A DNA stretch of 64,000 bases from Styela clava (taxonomy: Eukaryota): assembly GCF_964204865.1 (NCBI RefSeq), contig NC_135256.1, forward strand, positions 12,400,001-12,464,000, read 5' to 3'. The translations under genes and the position numbers were made by a program. The notes beneath the pieces are model-generated. The model saw only the letters and a program-made list of their open reading frames with translations. It was not told the DNA's origin and searched no databases. Below, in pieces: positions 53,401 through 64,000 of the stretch. The stretch's first letter is position 1. Each line of letters opens with the position of its first letter.

Positions 53401-55927
53401 CAGATCAGCCAATAAACGTTCCAGTTCTTCTTGTGAAACTGGTTTTGCCGCCATTTCGACTTTTAAGTGACTTTCTTCACTCACTCTAGGATCAATTGAA
53501 AAGTTTGATATCTTTCAATTGCTGCTTACAATACTCTGGTTTGATTTCGAAATAGAAAACTTCAGTTTTCCTTCATTCGAAAACTTTAATGTTGCGCTCG
53601 ATTCTATGTAGCCTGGTTACTTCTCACGCACATTAAGTGATTGGAGACTTCAAAAACGCGTCCCAATACCCCTGTCCTGACCCCAACCTATATCGGTTAA
53701 TTGTTACAACTAGTCCGTGCTTTCAAGCAATTAAAGTCTGTAAACAGCGGTTAAAGTGCCGCCAGATTCTTCTGTGCCTTTCAAATGCTGCCCCAATATA
53801 ATTCAACTTGAAATCGGTGAATATCTTTAATAACAATCAACAGACACTTCAAATCAAATCTCGTACATGAATCAGGAAAATAGAACTTGTCGGGTACCGG
53901 AAACGGAACGTTGTTAATGGAACGTAACGTAACTCTTGATACCGGGTATGAGGAACGTAAAGGAACGTTGTTAATGGAACGGTTTTCTGCCAAAATAATA
54001 GATAAAACTAAATAGCTTATATGGCACAATTAATCAAATATAACAGCATTACCATTTTTACAAGCAATAACAATTCACATCAATTAGCAGATAACCATAT
54101 GTCACAATTATGTACAGATTAAATCACATAGGATAAAATAGTATTCACAATAATAAAATACAGAATGAATCATACAAGATAAAACAATATTTACATACCG
54201 AATGTTTAGGATCTCCAGGCAACTCGATTCAACAAATTATAATCCAAAGTAAATACAACTTAACTTATGTGACTAAATATAAAGAACAACATTTATCATT
54301 CTATTTGGACTATATTACAACCCTAACCTGTATCCCTACATTATATTACAACTCCAGTATGAACCGTTGATTTTAAACCCAATTAATAACTTCAATTCGA
54401 ATCGTTTATCCTAACCGCGAATAGTAAACCCAATATTAAACACGATAAACAACTACTAGCGCAATAGATTACACTGAATACAAGACAGAAGGTGCCAACT
54501 CATCGAACTGTCGAAGCAGCGTGGCGATAATTTAGAATTCCCGGGATTAATCGAGAAACAGGACTATGTCGCAATAAGGCTGCGTCGATACGTTTGCAAC
54601 GTCTGCGTAACAACGTAAAACGTCATCAAATTAGAAACACGTTATGATTCTCGCTAACAATACCTCCCAGCAAATTAGTCATATGAAACCTATTTTGATA
54701 TGTTAAATTATATCATATGTTTATACGTTTTCATAGTAACACGTGATTATAATTGTTCAGGATCACAGTCGGGAACCGGACAATTTCGGAGTTTTGGATT
54801 TTTTATGGTTCAGCGTGCCAGCTTCGTTCAAGTGTGAAGGGAAAGACATTGAAAGTGCATGTAACCAACATACTAGTTTTGGGAAGGGTGGATATGTACC
54901 ATGTTGGGTATCCAGGCCATGGGTAAATAAACTAAATCACTGTTTCTATTTTTCTTCGTAAATAGGCATAGAATGTATTAGGACAAAACAGTTGCAGCAA
55001 ATAGCATTATAAATATATATATATACATATAATTTCGAATATCCACAAATCGTATTCGTAAAATGAAATTAGGTTGATCATACTCATTGTTAAAAAAATT
55101 TCCGATGCATTTAAAAGAACATGACTACTTATGACGTCAACATCTCACAATATGACGCACGACATTTAACCTTTTATCGAAGTAATTAAAGATTTATATA
55201 CGAATGTAATATTGATCTACCAATGCAATTGGAATTTGTTAATTCTTTCTCTTTAATCCTTACTTGTATCTATATATAAAGGAAAAAACAATATTTCTGC
55301 GATACATGAACGTCCTCAGTGCACTTTGTTTTATCCTGAGTATTGTTGAATTTTTCTATCTGACTGTGAGAGGGACAAGAACTGCAAATCGAAGAAGAGA
55401 AAGAAAAAGGTACTATCTATAAAATTTGTTAATCAAATTAAAGGTCTGTACCACCGTTGTGTATAAGTGCGAGCGCGTACATGTATCGTTTATATCAGCA
55501 AATTCCTAAAAATATGATAATTCTGTTGAACTGAAGAATATACCCATACAGAGCTAACCAAACTTGCGTTTGACAAAAGCTTTTATCTACAACTATTAGA
55601 AAAATCTAATTATGAGAAACGATTTTTTTTTTGTAAAATACTTTCTTCTTGGTTTACAACATGATTTATCATTTTACAGAAGTCGTTCTGATTCGTGGTT
55701 TTTTCGACCAGATTTATCAGCACCGCTGTCACCAACACTAGCAATACCGATTCGACTGAGCAGTGTCGATAAATTTGCCAACAGAAAAGGTATAAACATA
55801 ACCTCATAGTTTTGAAGTGTAAATATTTTTGAAGCGAAATTTACAGTTTCTGTTTTATTTTGTAGATGTATTCATCGATGTGTCCGATGATGAGAAAGGA
55901 ACAAAGCCTAATCACAAGAAATTTTGA
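44443..55927 (+). CDS. Connexin B, 10 coding exons, paralog of connexin A
   Basis: Exons 44443-44475 ([11 protein letters not shown]), 44757-44847, 44923-45035 ([28 protein letters not shown]), 45311-45466, 45733-45831, 46066-46173, 54761-54922 (..CWVSRPW), 55282-55409 (EKTIF), 55680-55789, 55866-55927 (TGA). Exons 1, 2, 3, 6 and 7 have the same lengths as in connexin A (33/91/113/108/162 bp). Confidence 0.92.
46434..47495 (-). repeat. 3' LTR (1062 bp)
   Basis: Preceded on the minus strand by the polypurine tract and followed by the TSD. Confidence 0.95.
47593..53484 (-). pseudogene. BEL/Pao gag-pol polyprotein broken by three in-frame TAA codons and two frameshifts
   Basis: Motifs [48 protein letters not shown] (protease), TADIEAMF and YIDD (RT), [10 protein letters not shown] and LPRLEI (RNase H), GVDNFGP and CDNGSNF (integrase). 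In-frame stops at 52972, 50122 and 48131; frameshifts near 49580 and 47915. Confidence 0.93.
53590..54659 (-). repeat. 5' LTR (1070 bp)
   Basis: Direct repeat of 46434-47495; the differences I found are one substitution and an 8-bp indel (CTGTCGAA). Confidence 0.95.
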
Positions 55928-56900
55928 GTTTCTTTGTCATAATACAACTTCTCAAAACAAAGGTCTTGATTTTAATTAATTTTCGAACCAATCCATGATT
56001 ATCAAGTGTAAATAATATTAAATACAAAGAGCATGTGATTCCATGATGTTTTTCGCATCTTATGTATCTTCTTGTACAATATTTGTCGCTTGTATCCGCG
56101 TATATATTACCATGCAGTAGCCTATTTTTTTTTTCGAAGAAAATGCTATACACTAACACTCTTTGCTGGTTGATTTATTGTTAAAAATCGTTTTTTCTTG
56201 TGAAACATGAACTGAGGCTATTTTTTGAAATATTATTAAGTATCATGTCCCTTTAAAGACTTGTTAAAGTAAAGAGCTGAGCCCTCGCTCAAAATCAAGA
56301 GTATATAGAATTTTCCATCATGCACCGACATTTGAAGTCCCATCAAAATAAAAGTCAATAAGAAACAACAAACAATTTCAAATGAATATTTACTTTTTAT
56401 ACGTTCAGTAACTTGTGAATGTAGAACTCTTCCATTGCTTTTAAGTGAGAGTGTCTTGTAATATATTCCAGCCATCGGGTGCATTACAATTAATCAATAT
56501 TGACATGCATTTGTTGATTCAGAGATGCACAAAAATTGGCTATTTTGTTTTAATATTGCAAGTAAAATTATTTAGATTTTTGTTGCCAAACACACACTGC
56601 ATACGTGGCGATTAAGGTCGCTGCTTAATAGGTGTAAATCTTGTGCCGAATATGATAATATCCGGATTAAAAAACTGTGTTTGTATTCTTGTTTTGAAAA
56701 CATAAATTTAGTCCAGATAATTGTAGGACTATTGATCTTATAAAAATATAAAAATCGTCATTTCTTTCTCAAGCAAATTAATTGGTGGTGCCTTTCCGCG
56801 GTTCATACTAAATTTTGACACATGTCGTCAAATCAAACGTCGGAAATTCTCTGCATTGTCCAAAGCTACTTGATATTTTTTCTGTTTCTTGCGAAATATT

Positions 56901-58780
56901 TTAGCAAATATAAGATAAAAACATTCCGATTTGTGTCGTGAATATGTCACCTTGTGGATGCAGATCTTTATTTGCTCTTAAGACAGAGAAATCCCACATG
57001 GGCAAAAACACGACTCCTTTCATGTTCACAAATTCAAGTCGCAGCATGACATCATACCTATAAGTGATCCAAGACGTTGGACACAGCGGAGTGTGCTCGT
57101 GATGATGAAGGCCTTTTACGAATACTTTTATACCGGGGTGGCGAGATAGTAACGATTTTATCCTTGTTTTAATCATTCTTATTCTCTCACCAAATATATC
57201 GGCGTCATAAAGCTCGAAATGTAATCCTATTGTAATTATCACATATGTACCACTGCCACCGTTTTTTATAGAGTCTAAAGTATCGGTTATGAATGGACGG
57301 ACCCATACCGGGCCCGGATTATGCATCGGTGGACCGTGGGCTCTGTAATGAATAGATGTGTTTATATCTTCTTTGTAACCGTCTTGGGGTTGAGAATATA
57401 AAATTGGATTGGTTGGCGCTTCTTGTTTTATGTGTAATACTTGGGCAAAGTAACTATGCCACAGTCTTAAAGTGGAATCGCCTATAAAATAAAATTCTTT
57501 ACCGGCCGCACATTGCCGAAGTCGTATTGTGTTAGAATTGTGAATTCCCCTTCCAAAAAAATTCCATCGTGAATTCAGGACCCACCCAGTAGGTGTCGAC
57601 GGATCCACACCCACTCTACGATTTAAAATCGGAGGGTACATGGGAGGATTGACAGAGTCCTGTACACGAATAGCAGCACCTGAACCTTTGATTTCAATAT
57701 AAGAATTATATCCATCTCGAAAGTACTTGTTATCCCAAAAGAGCAATTTACTTTCATTAGCAACCTTCTGCATCCATGTTATGTTTGAACATTCACCCGA
57801 CGAAGGTTTCAGGCACGTCCATTTTTCTCCATGAGTTGGATTTGATAAGTCACATAATTCGTCGGACCTACAATAAATAATACATATATATCACGAAACG
57901 TGAATTTATTGTTACTGCCACAAAACCATGAATACTTATAATCAGGCAAGCTTAAATAAATAGATAGATGCAGGCAACGCCCATCAAAGAGATTATGGTA
58001 ATCAATTTGAAAATATTAGACACAATTTCGCTGAGACCGTATCGATTGATTGTGTTTACAGTATATTTTAAATGCCAACCTCGTTTCCGGGAATCCAATC
58101 GAGCAGACGATACGTTCATTTTCTTGTTTGGAATTTAACATAATTGCTTCCATTCGAACACCCCATTCTGATTCCGATGAATACATCTTCATGAGTTCAT
58201 ATATACTTTCGCTGGGGTGAATAAGAACTACTCGTAGAACTGCGTTACCAGGCCACAGGAGAAAACAAGTCACGTGATATGATCCGTTTTTCTCGTCATA
58301 AACTTCGCACGACACTCCGTCATTTTTATAACTTTGACGTCCCAAAGTAACCATAAAGAAATCGCCTCCATATTTCTTCCGATAGCCGAGCTCATCGTAA
58401 GCGGTGATCGTTGCATTGAATAATTCTCCAGTTTTATACGTTTTCCTGTCAATCAGTTTTACCACAGTGTTAATAGGACTGGTAATTTTTTCTGCCGTCA
58501 ATTTTGCCCTCGATTCGACCATATGTTCCAGATGAGGAAACAATTTAATCCAAGACGAACTGAGTAAGTTTGTTCTGAGTTTGTCTTCTAGCAAAATTCT
58601 TGAACCTTTTAGTGTCTTCTCAGAAGATATTTTGAATCGTATGTTTTCTTCAACCCCAGCATAATAATTCGCATATATAAGATACAACAAAACCATAAAT
58701 ACTAGAACAAATTTCGCCAGGTACTGATTTTGGCGATTTTTACTGAGCTGCCGCATTGAATGATTGATAGACGTTAACAT
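56901..58780 (-). CDS. NXPE (neurexophilin/PC-esterase) family protein, type II membrane, probable O-acyltransferase/esterase; two exons
   Basis: Exons 58780-58080 and 57867-56901 (phase-2 GT-AG intron); N-terminal TM segment, YGGDFF, NGSY and LIHPSE motifs, GDS motif FIGDSTLR, HGPP, and C-terminal DLHP. Confidence 0.9.
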
Positions 58781-59229
58781 GTTATCTAATAGTAACGTAC
58801 TCGACTTGAAAATGATCCGCTGAAACTAATCTTATTTTAAACCAATGATATCCTCATCGTTTAAACTTATAAATGATCTTGAATTGAAGTAAATTCAAGC
58901 TATTAGCAGACAAGGGCTGCATAGGAAATAGAACGGAAGGAAGGAAAACATCATTATCCACTAATGCCGGAATTATGATACGCTGAGAGAAAAAAATTGT
59001 CGGTTATTTGCTAATTCAAGGCCGTAAAATACGAATATACCCTTTTTTTTGTTTATCTTTTTTTGTTTATTTTTTTTGTCACAAAATCGATACACTCGTC
59101 CACGTGATGAATTTATTGTGTCAATACTCATACGTATTGCGACTGATACAAAAGGAAATATAACAAATTCAATTCAAAATAAACGAAACCGGATGACAGA
59201 AAATGTTCAGTAGAGCGTACTGTTGGTCA

Positions 59230-59825
59230 TTAATATACGCCATGGTACCACGCAAAGCAATTTTTGGCTTTGATTGAGCATAAATATACTCCGCATTTGG
59301 TACATCTGATTACCGGCTTGCTATCACACCCAGGGAAACGACATCGCTGTCTCTTAGCTTCTACCACAGGCCAATGGCCAGTGGCATCGGTTCTAACCTC
59401 ATTGTTGGGATGGGGAGTAGCTGCGCTTCTGATTCGTCGTGGGGTAGTAGACTATGGCCTCCCTCGCTTAAGTGGAGTCGATGTTTTCCCAAGCTTGCAA
59501 AGAGATTCTGCCACAGAACTTCGAAACGATAAAAGATCTCGCTGCTTGCTACTCGCAACTCCCAGGAACTCACAATCTCTTCTGTATAAGATCCAGCTGT
59601 TTACAATAGCCAAATCAACCAGGTGGAAGAAGATCCTCAGTTAGTACTTTTTGACCGAATGCGTATTCTATAGTAGGCTATAAGCGCATCTAACAAGTCT
59701 ACGCCTCCCATGCTACGGTTATAAAAATCTACCATAAAATGACGAATCACCATTATGTGCTGTTTCGTGACGTTGTCCCATCTTCGGACTTCTGATGTGG
59801 GCATGGCGCTGGCAAACGAACTAGC
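59230..59825 (-). pseudogene. piggyBac (PGBD3-like) transposase C-terminal relic
   Basis: Hand translation, not in the ORF track: ..EVRRWD..YNRSMGGVDLLDALIAYYRIRIRSKKY*LRIFFHLVDLAIVNSWILY..KRGRP*..HWP..RQRCRFPGC..IRCTKCGVYLC..NCFAWYH. Two internal stops; Cys-rich C-terminal domain intact. Confidence 0.9.
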
Positions 59826-60658
59826 TCCTTCTCATCCATTTTTTACTATTTAAATAAATTACTTTTACCATTAAACAATTTGAAGAAATTCCTGCACATT
59901 ACTTTAGCCAGTCAATATCAGAAGCAAAACTTGATCAAAATATCATCAGGTTTAGAGGAAAAGACATTTTTTAACTAATTAAACATCACTATATATAAAT
60001 TTCGATAACAGAGTTACACATACTCAAAACATATTAGATTATTTTCCCATTTCTGCTCTTTAATTTCAAGTGTCATGGTTTATGGAAGACAACTTAAACT
60101 GGAAAACTTGGACGGATGGGACGATTTAGTGACAGTTGGGAAAACTGGCGTCAGCAGTGATCAACAAATTGTTAGGCTAAACTCTTTTTACCAAATGAAA
60201 GTAAAAAATGGGTAAAGCTTTATATATACTCAAAAAAAGACGACGAAATACCACTGCTACCGACACCACATTTTAACCGACATCAATGTAAAAATGATGA
60301 CTGACCACAAGATATAAAACATTTTGTGGCGCTAAATAGGCTCAAACGAGGGGGCGGGTACAGGCGATTTCGGGACAATTGCCGCTTTCTCTCTAGCTAT
60401 CTTGGTTCGTACTATGGGGTGCAATAAAGTCGGCCGAAAACGACCCCGTCGTCGTTAAGTGTCGGAATGTGATTGTTGATTATATTTATGAGTGAGTATG
60501 TTGATGTTTGTACAATTTAGTGACGTTAAAAATATACATATAAATAAGGGCATGTGCATTTGTTCCTGAATTCGCTTTTTTGGCCTTTATGCCCCATGAA
60601 ACCATTGAATAAGAACGCTATCATTGACTCTCTGGCGACCTCAATAATATCGCCATTG

Positions 60659-60673
60659 GTTACCAAAGGCATC
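60659..60673 (+). promoter_or_regulatory. Possible RFX X-box upstream of CFAP100
   Basis: GTTACC-AAA-GGCATC has one mismatch to GTNRCC(N0-3)RGYAAC and lies about 200 bp before the ATG of a ciliary gene. Confidence 0.3.
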
Positions 60674-60867
60674 ACTGCCATGTTTGCATTTTGCAATTGA
60701 CTACACTCGTATTTGCTAAACAGATTTGTGACTGAAAAGCACATTCTATCGGTATTCCATTGAGATATACAGCTTATAATTGGGATTTTTGAATTACACT
60801 GATAACTCGAGACTCAGTGTTCAATGAAGAGTGATTTATCGTAGAAAGAAAGAAGGAGGATAACAAA

Positions 60868-63647
60868 ATGTCTGAAGTGTCAACTGCACCATCTCCAAAT
60901 TCTGCCTCATCAAGTGAGTGAAAATAAGCCTATGGTCGTTGAATTTTTAAACCTGTAAACTAACTAATCTCAAGTTATAATAAGAAGTTATATCCTACTA
61001 ATCTAATATTAATTTTTTTTTTGAATGGGAATTTTCATTAGTAATGATAATAACAATGGGTTTATTTTGATTCCATAATCAGCATAAAATTTAAAAAAGG
61101 ATAAAACAATTGAGAAAAACAAAATAAAGAAAACTGATTACAGAATTAGAAAAGCGAACAAAACCTTATATAAGGTTTAGAATGTACAGCTTTTAGATTG
61201 AAAGGTGTTGTCAAAAGAAGTGGTAACATTACGGGTTCACCCCCCCCCCCCCCAGAAAAAAAAAGTATTGAGTTAATTAAAACACTCTCGCACACACACA
61301 CACATACAATCACGCAGCCAAAATGAAATCAGAAGAGAAAAAAAGAAACATAAGATATATTACTAGGTAAAAAGAAAAATATACAAACAAAATAAAAAAT
61401 AGAAAATAATATTTTGCCACACCATATTATTAATTTTGCAAAGATTGCTAAATTGAATACCGAATTAGTTATCAAGAGGGAAATTTATAGAAAAATATTA
61501 ATAAAAAGATATTGCCAAGCTGATTATAGGGGGAGTCCCCTATTATTCAATCGCTTTCACGTTTCCTACGTTCTGTCATCAGATGGTATTGGGAGATGAG
61601 ATCGTATTGTGACAATATGCATTATACATATAATATATCAGTTTAGCAATGCAAAAAAACACAGCACATAGTCCGACACAGAAGATTTTATCATTGATAC
61701 TAGATTCATAGTTTAGGGACTTACTCATCACTGTTTTACATCACCAGAATTTGTAAAATATATTAGTGTACACTGTCAAGTTTTATCTGTTGAGTTTTTT
61801 CCACAAAAACATATATCGATAACGCTTATTTGCTGACTCCCACTCATGATAAGAATTTTGTCACCAAAGGTGATGTTATATTTTATTTATAATGACAGGA
61901 GGGGTTATATCGAGGCAATCTGGCAGAGTAACGTTTCCACAATCTGCGAAATCAATGTCGTCTTCAAAATCTGTTGTTGCTGTCATAGAAAATTCTCCTG
62001 ATGTAAATCCTTTCAAAGTTCCTCCAGATCAGGATATCTTTATGCTGAGAGATAAAGAAAGACAAAGGAAAAAAGAGGTGAAGTTATAATGTAATTTTCG
62101 TATCTTTCAAGCGATTTTAAAGCTGTTGAATAGGATCCATTATGGAACGTGTACCACAGATCATCTTAGATATATCCTAATTGTCATTCAAATAATATAA
62201 TTTTATATATGATAATAAAATTTTAGGAAAGAGATCAACAACGCTCACTCAAAGTTCATGAGAAGACAACTTATGCTTCGAGAGTCAATGCTAAAACAGC
62301 AGCAATGAGAAAAGGAGTTCTCGGCACGGATGAAGATGAAACATTGGAGGAAGCTGTAAAGGGAATGGGTGTCAAAGATGATCCTGGTTGGACATTAGCT
62401 GTCACAAGAGGTAAACATAGCACAGTAGCATATTATTAATAATACCCCTTAATTATTAATGTGCTAGAATATTTAGAATAAGACAGGAATAGGATTTTCA
62501 TTTTTATCATGGGAGAGGGGAAAAGCGATTAAATGGTTTAATTACATGGTGAACCATGTCCTCTTTTTTTGTTTACCAGTCTGTGTTGGATATGGGAATA
62601 GTTAACCAGTTATTTGTTTGGAATGCATAGACTTGAGGATGGAGCAAGCTGTAGGTGACCAGTGGTTATGTGAACCACCCTACAACATCAAAGAGTACAG
62701 CAATCCTTCCGTTTGTTAATATCCCCCGCAAATCTGCACTGGGTAATCAAAGATGTGAGGGCAAAAGTGTTTCTAACACTTAGTGTGGTGCTCCAACTAC
62801 CAATCTTTACATCATGTATTGGCTGAAACATGATTTATATGTTAATAATGTAGCTTAATAAATGAAATTTAGTATATATTTCTTATTAAGTCATCAAGGA
62901 ATAAAATAGAGAATTTTGGAAACACATTATGAAATAAAATTGGAAATTTTCAAAAATTATATTCAATGACAGATTTCAATTTGTAAACTATATTTTTCAA
63001 TTCGAATAATTATAACATCATTGTTGAAAATTCATATCAAATATGATTTATTTAAATAAGATATATTGGGAAATTGCAATGCAGTATTGTATTAAGTTTG
63101 GAACAAAAAATTCTGCTAAATGTAAAATCACAAATTCTAAAATTGGAGTAGGTTTGCCTATTATATACCCTTATCACTTATTACTCAGTGATATGATATT
63201 CAATGTTATGTTGATTAGTTAACTTGCTTTACCCTTCACATTTGACAGGCTGTCCTATATTGGAAATGTTTTCGTTAATATTGTGTAGATGCAAGTTTAA
63301 TATGAATAATTGTTGCTCCACTAAGCATCCCTTTGCATCTAAAGACTGTCTTGGTTTATTATGTACAATTTTTTTCTTCCAAATATTTCATTTATCAATT
63401 ATGTATGTCACTCAGATCGCAATGTGGAGAAAGAAGACCTTGCAGACTATGTGTCAAAAAAACGGCAAATGTTCCTTGTTCAATATTCACTTGCTGTGAA
63501 ACGAGATGAAATGAGAAAGCTGGAAGAACTAGCTGCTGCCGAAGAACGAAAATTAGAACGAGCTGAGAAATTTTTGGAAGAAGACGCTGCTATGTTCGAT
63601 GAATTTTTGAAAGAAAACGACAGAAATTCAGTAGAAGCCATAAAAGT
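60868..63647 (+). CDS. CFAP100: Cilia- and flagella-associated protein 100 (CCDC37-like), 5' part; continues past the window
   Basis: Exons 60868-60913, 61899-62077 (NPFKVPPDQDIFMLRDKER), 62227-62410 (LKVHEKTTYASRV), 63416-63647 (KRQMFLVQYSLAVKRDEMRKLE..ERKLERAEKFLEEDAAMFDEFLKENDRNSVEA). Confidence 0.85.
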
Positions 63648-64000
63648 GTGAGTTTTTGTATCCACTATATATTTCTATATTGCTCATTGTTGAATAACAT
63701 AGAATTCTGGAATGTTGGTTTATCGGGTCCAGTTATAGCTCTTGCTCAATCATTTACAAAACCAAAATAGGAATGGAAGGTTATTCACCAGTACAAGTAT
63801 TTGGCAAAGTTTTTAGGGATACATTCAATCAAATTCATGCATTTGTGGTCTAGTCATTATCATACTAGCCTAATTGTTGTTATAGAGCTTTAGTTATACC
63901 TAGGCTTGCTTTGACTTGTAGTCCTTATCCCCTAATTTTATATAGCTCATCGGCCATCACCTCACCCAGGTTTTTTAGAATCCAAGCTTTGCTGAACTGA

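Larger units (their letters stand above)
46434..54659 (-). mobile_element. Full-length BEL/Pao LTR retrotransposon with disabled gag-pol, in connexin B intron 6
   Basis: Two TGT...ACA LTRs; 5-bp TSD ATACC (46429-46433 and 54660-54664); polypurine tract GGGGCGGGGAA at 47506-47496; gag with three Zn knuckles, protease, RT, RNase H and integrase in BEL order. Confidence 0.97.

Noticed and set aside
59264-59644. 126-aa plus-strand ORF
   Set aside because: Antisense shadow of the piggyBac relic.
61240-61305. Poly-C, poly-A and (CA)n runs, also poly-T at about 5434-5452
   Set aside because: Ordinary simple repeats.
1-64000. CRISPR arrays, rRNA, tRNA or prokaryotic operons
   Set aside because: No repeat-spacer arrays or recognisable structural RNA genes seen; the sequence is spliced eukaryotic DNA.

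Overview
AT-rich, intron-rich animal genomic DNA. Multi-intron connexins and the repeat landscape suggest a tunicate (inference). From left to right: (1) the 5' part of a minus-strand gene with chitin-binding, EGF and VWD modules that runs off the left edge; (2) a 734-bp near-perfect palindrome with a minimal Penelope-type hammerhead ribozyme motif in each arm; (3) a 10-exon connexin (-, 10825-21062); (4) a divergent ionotropic glutamate receptor-like gene (-, 28767-39189) that has lost the agonist-binding residues and carries an AYTANLTAF gate; (5) a second 10-exon connexin (+, 44443-55927) whose intron 6 holds a full-length but disabled BEL/Pao LTR retrotransposon (46434-54659, ATACC target-site duplication); (6) a two-exon NXPE-family gene (-); (7) a piggyBac transposase relic; (8) the 5' exons of CFAP100 (+). 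Introns and intergenic DNA contain several hAT MITEs, a Helentron/DINE-like element, hairpins and local duplications. Exon structures were assembled by hand from splice signals and reading-frame continuity.
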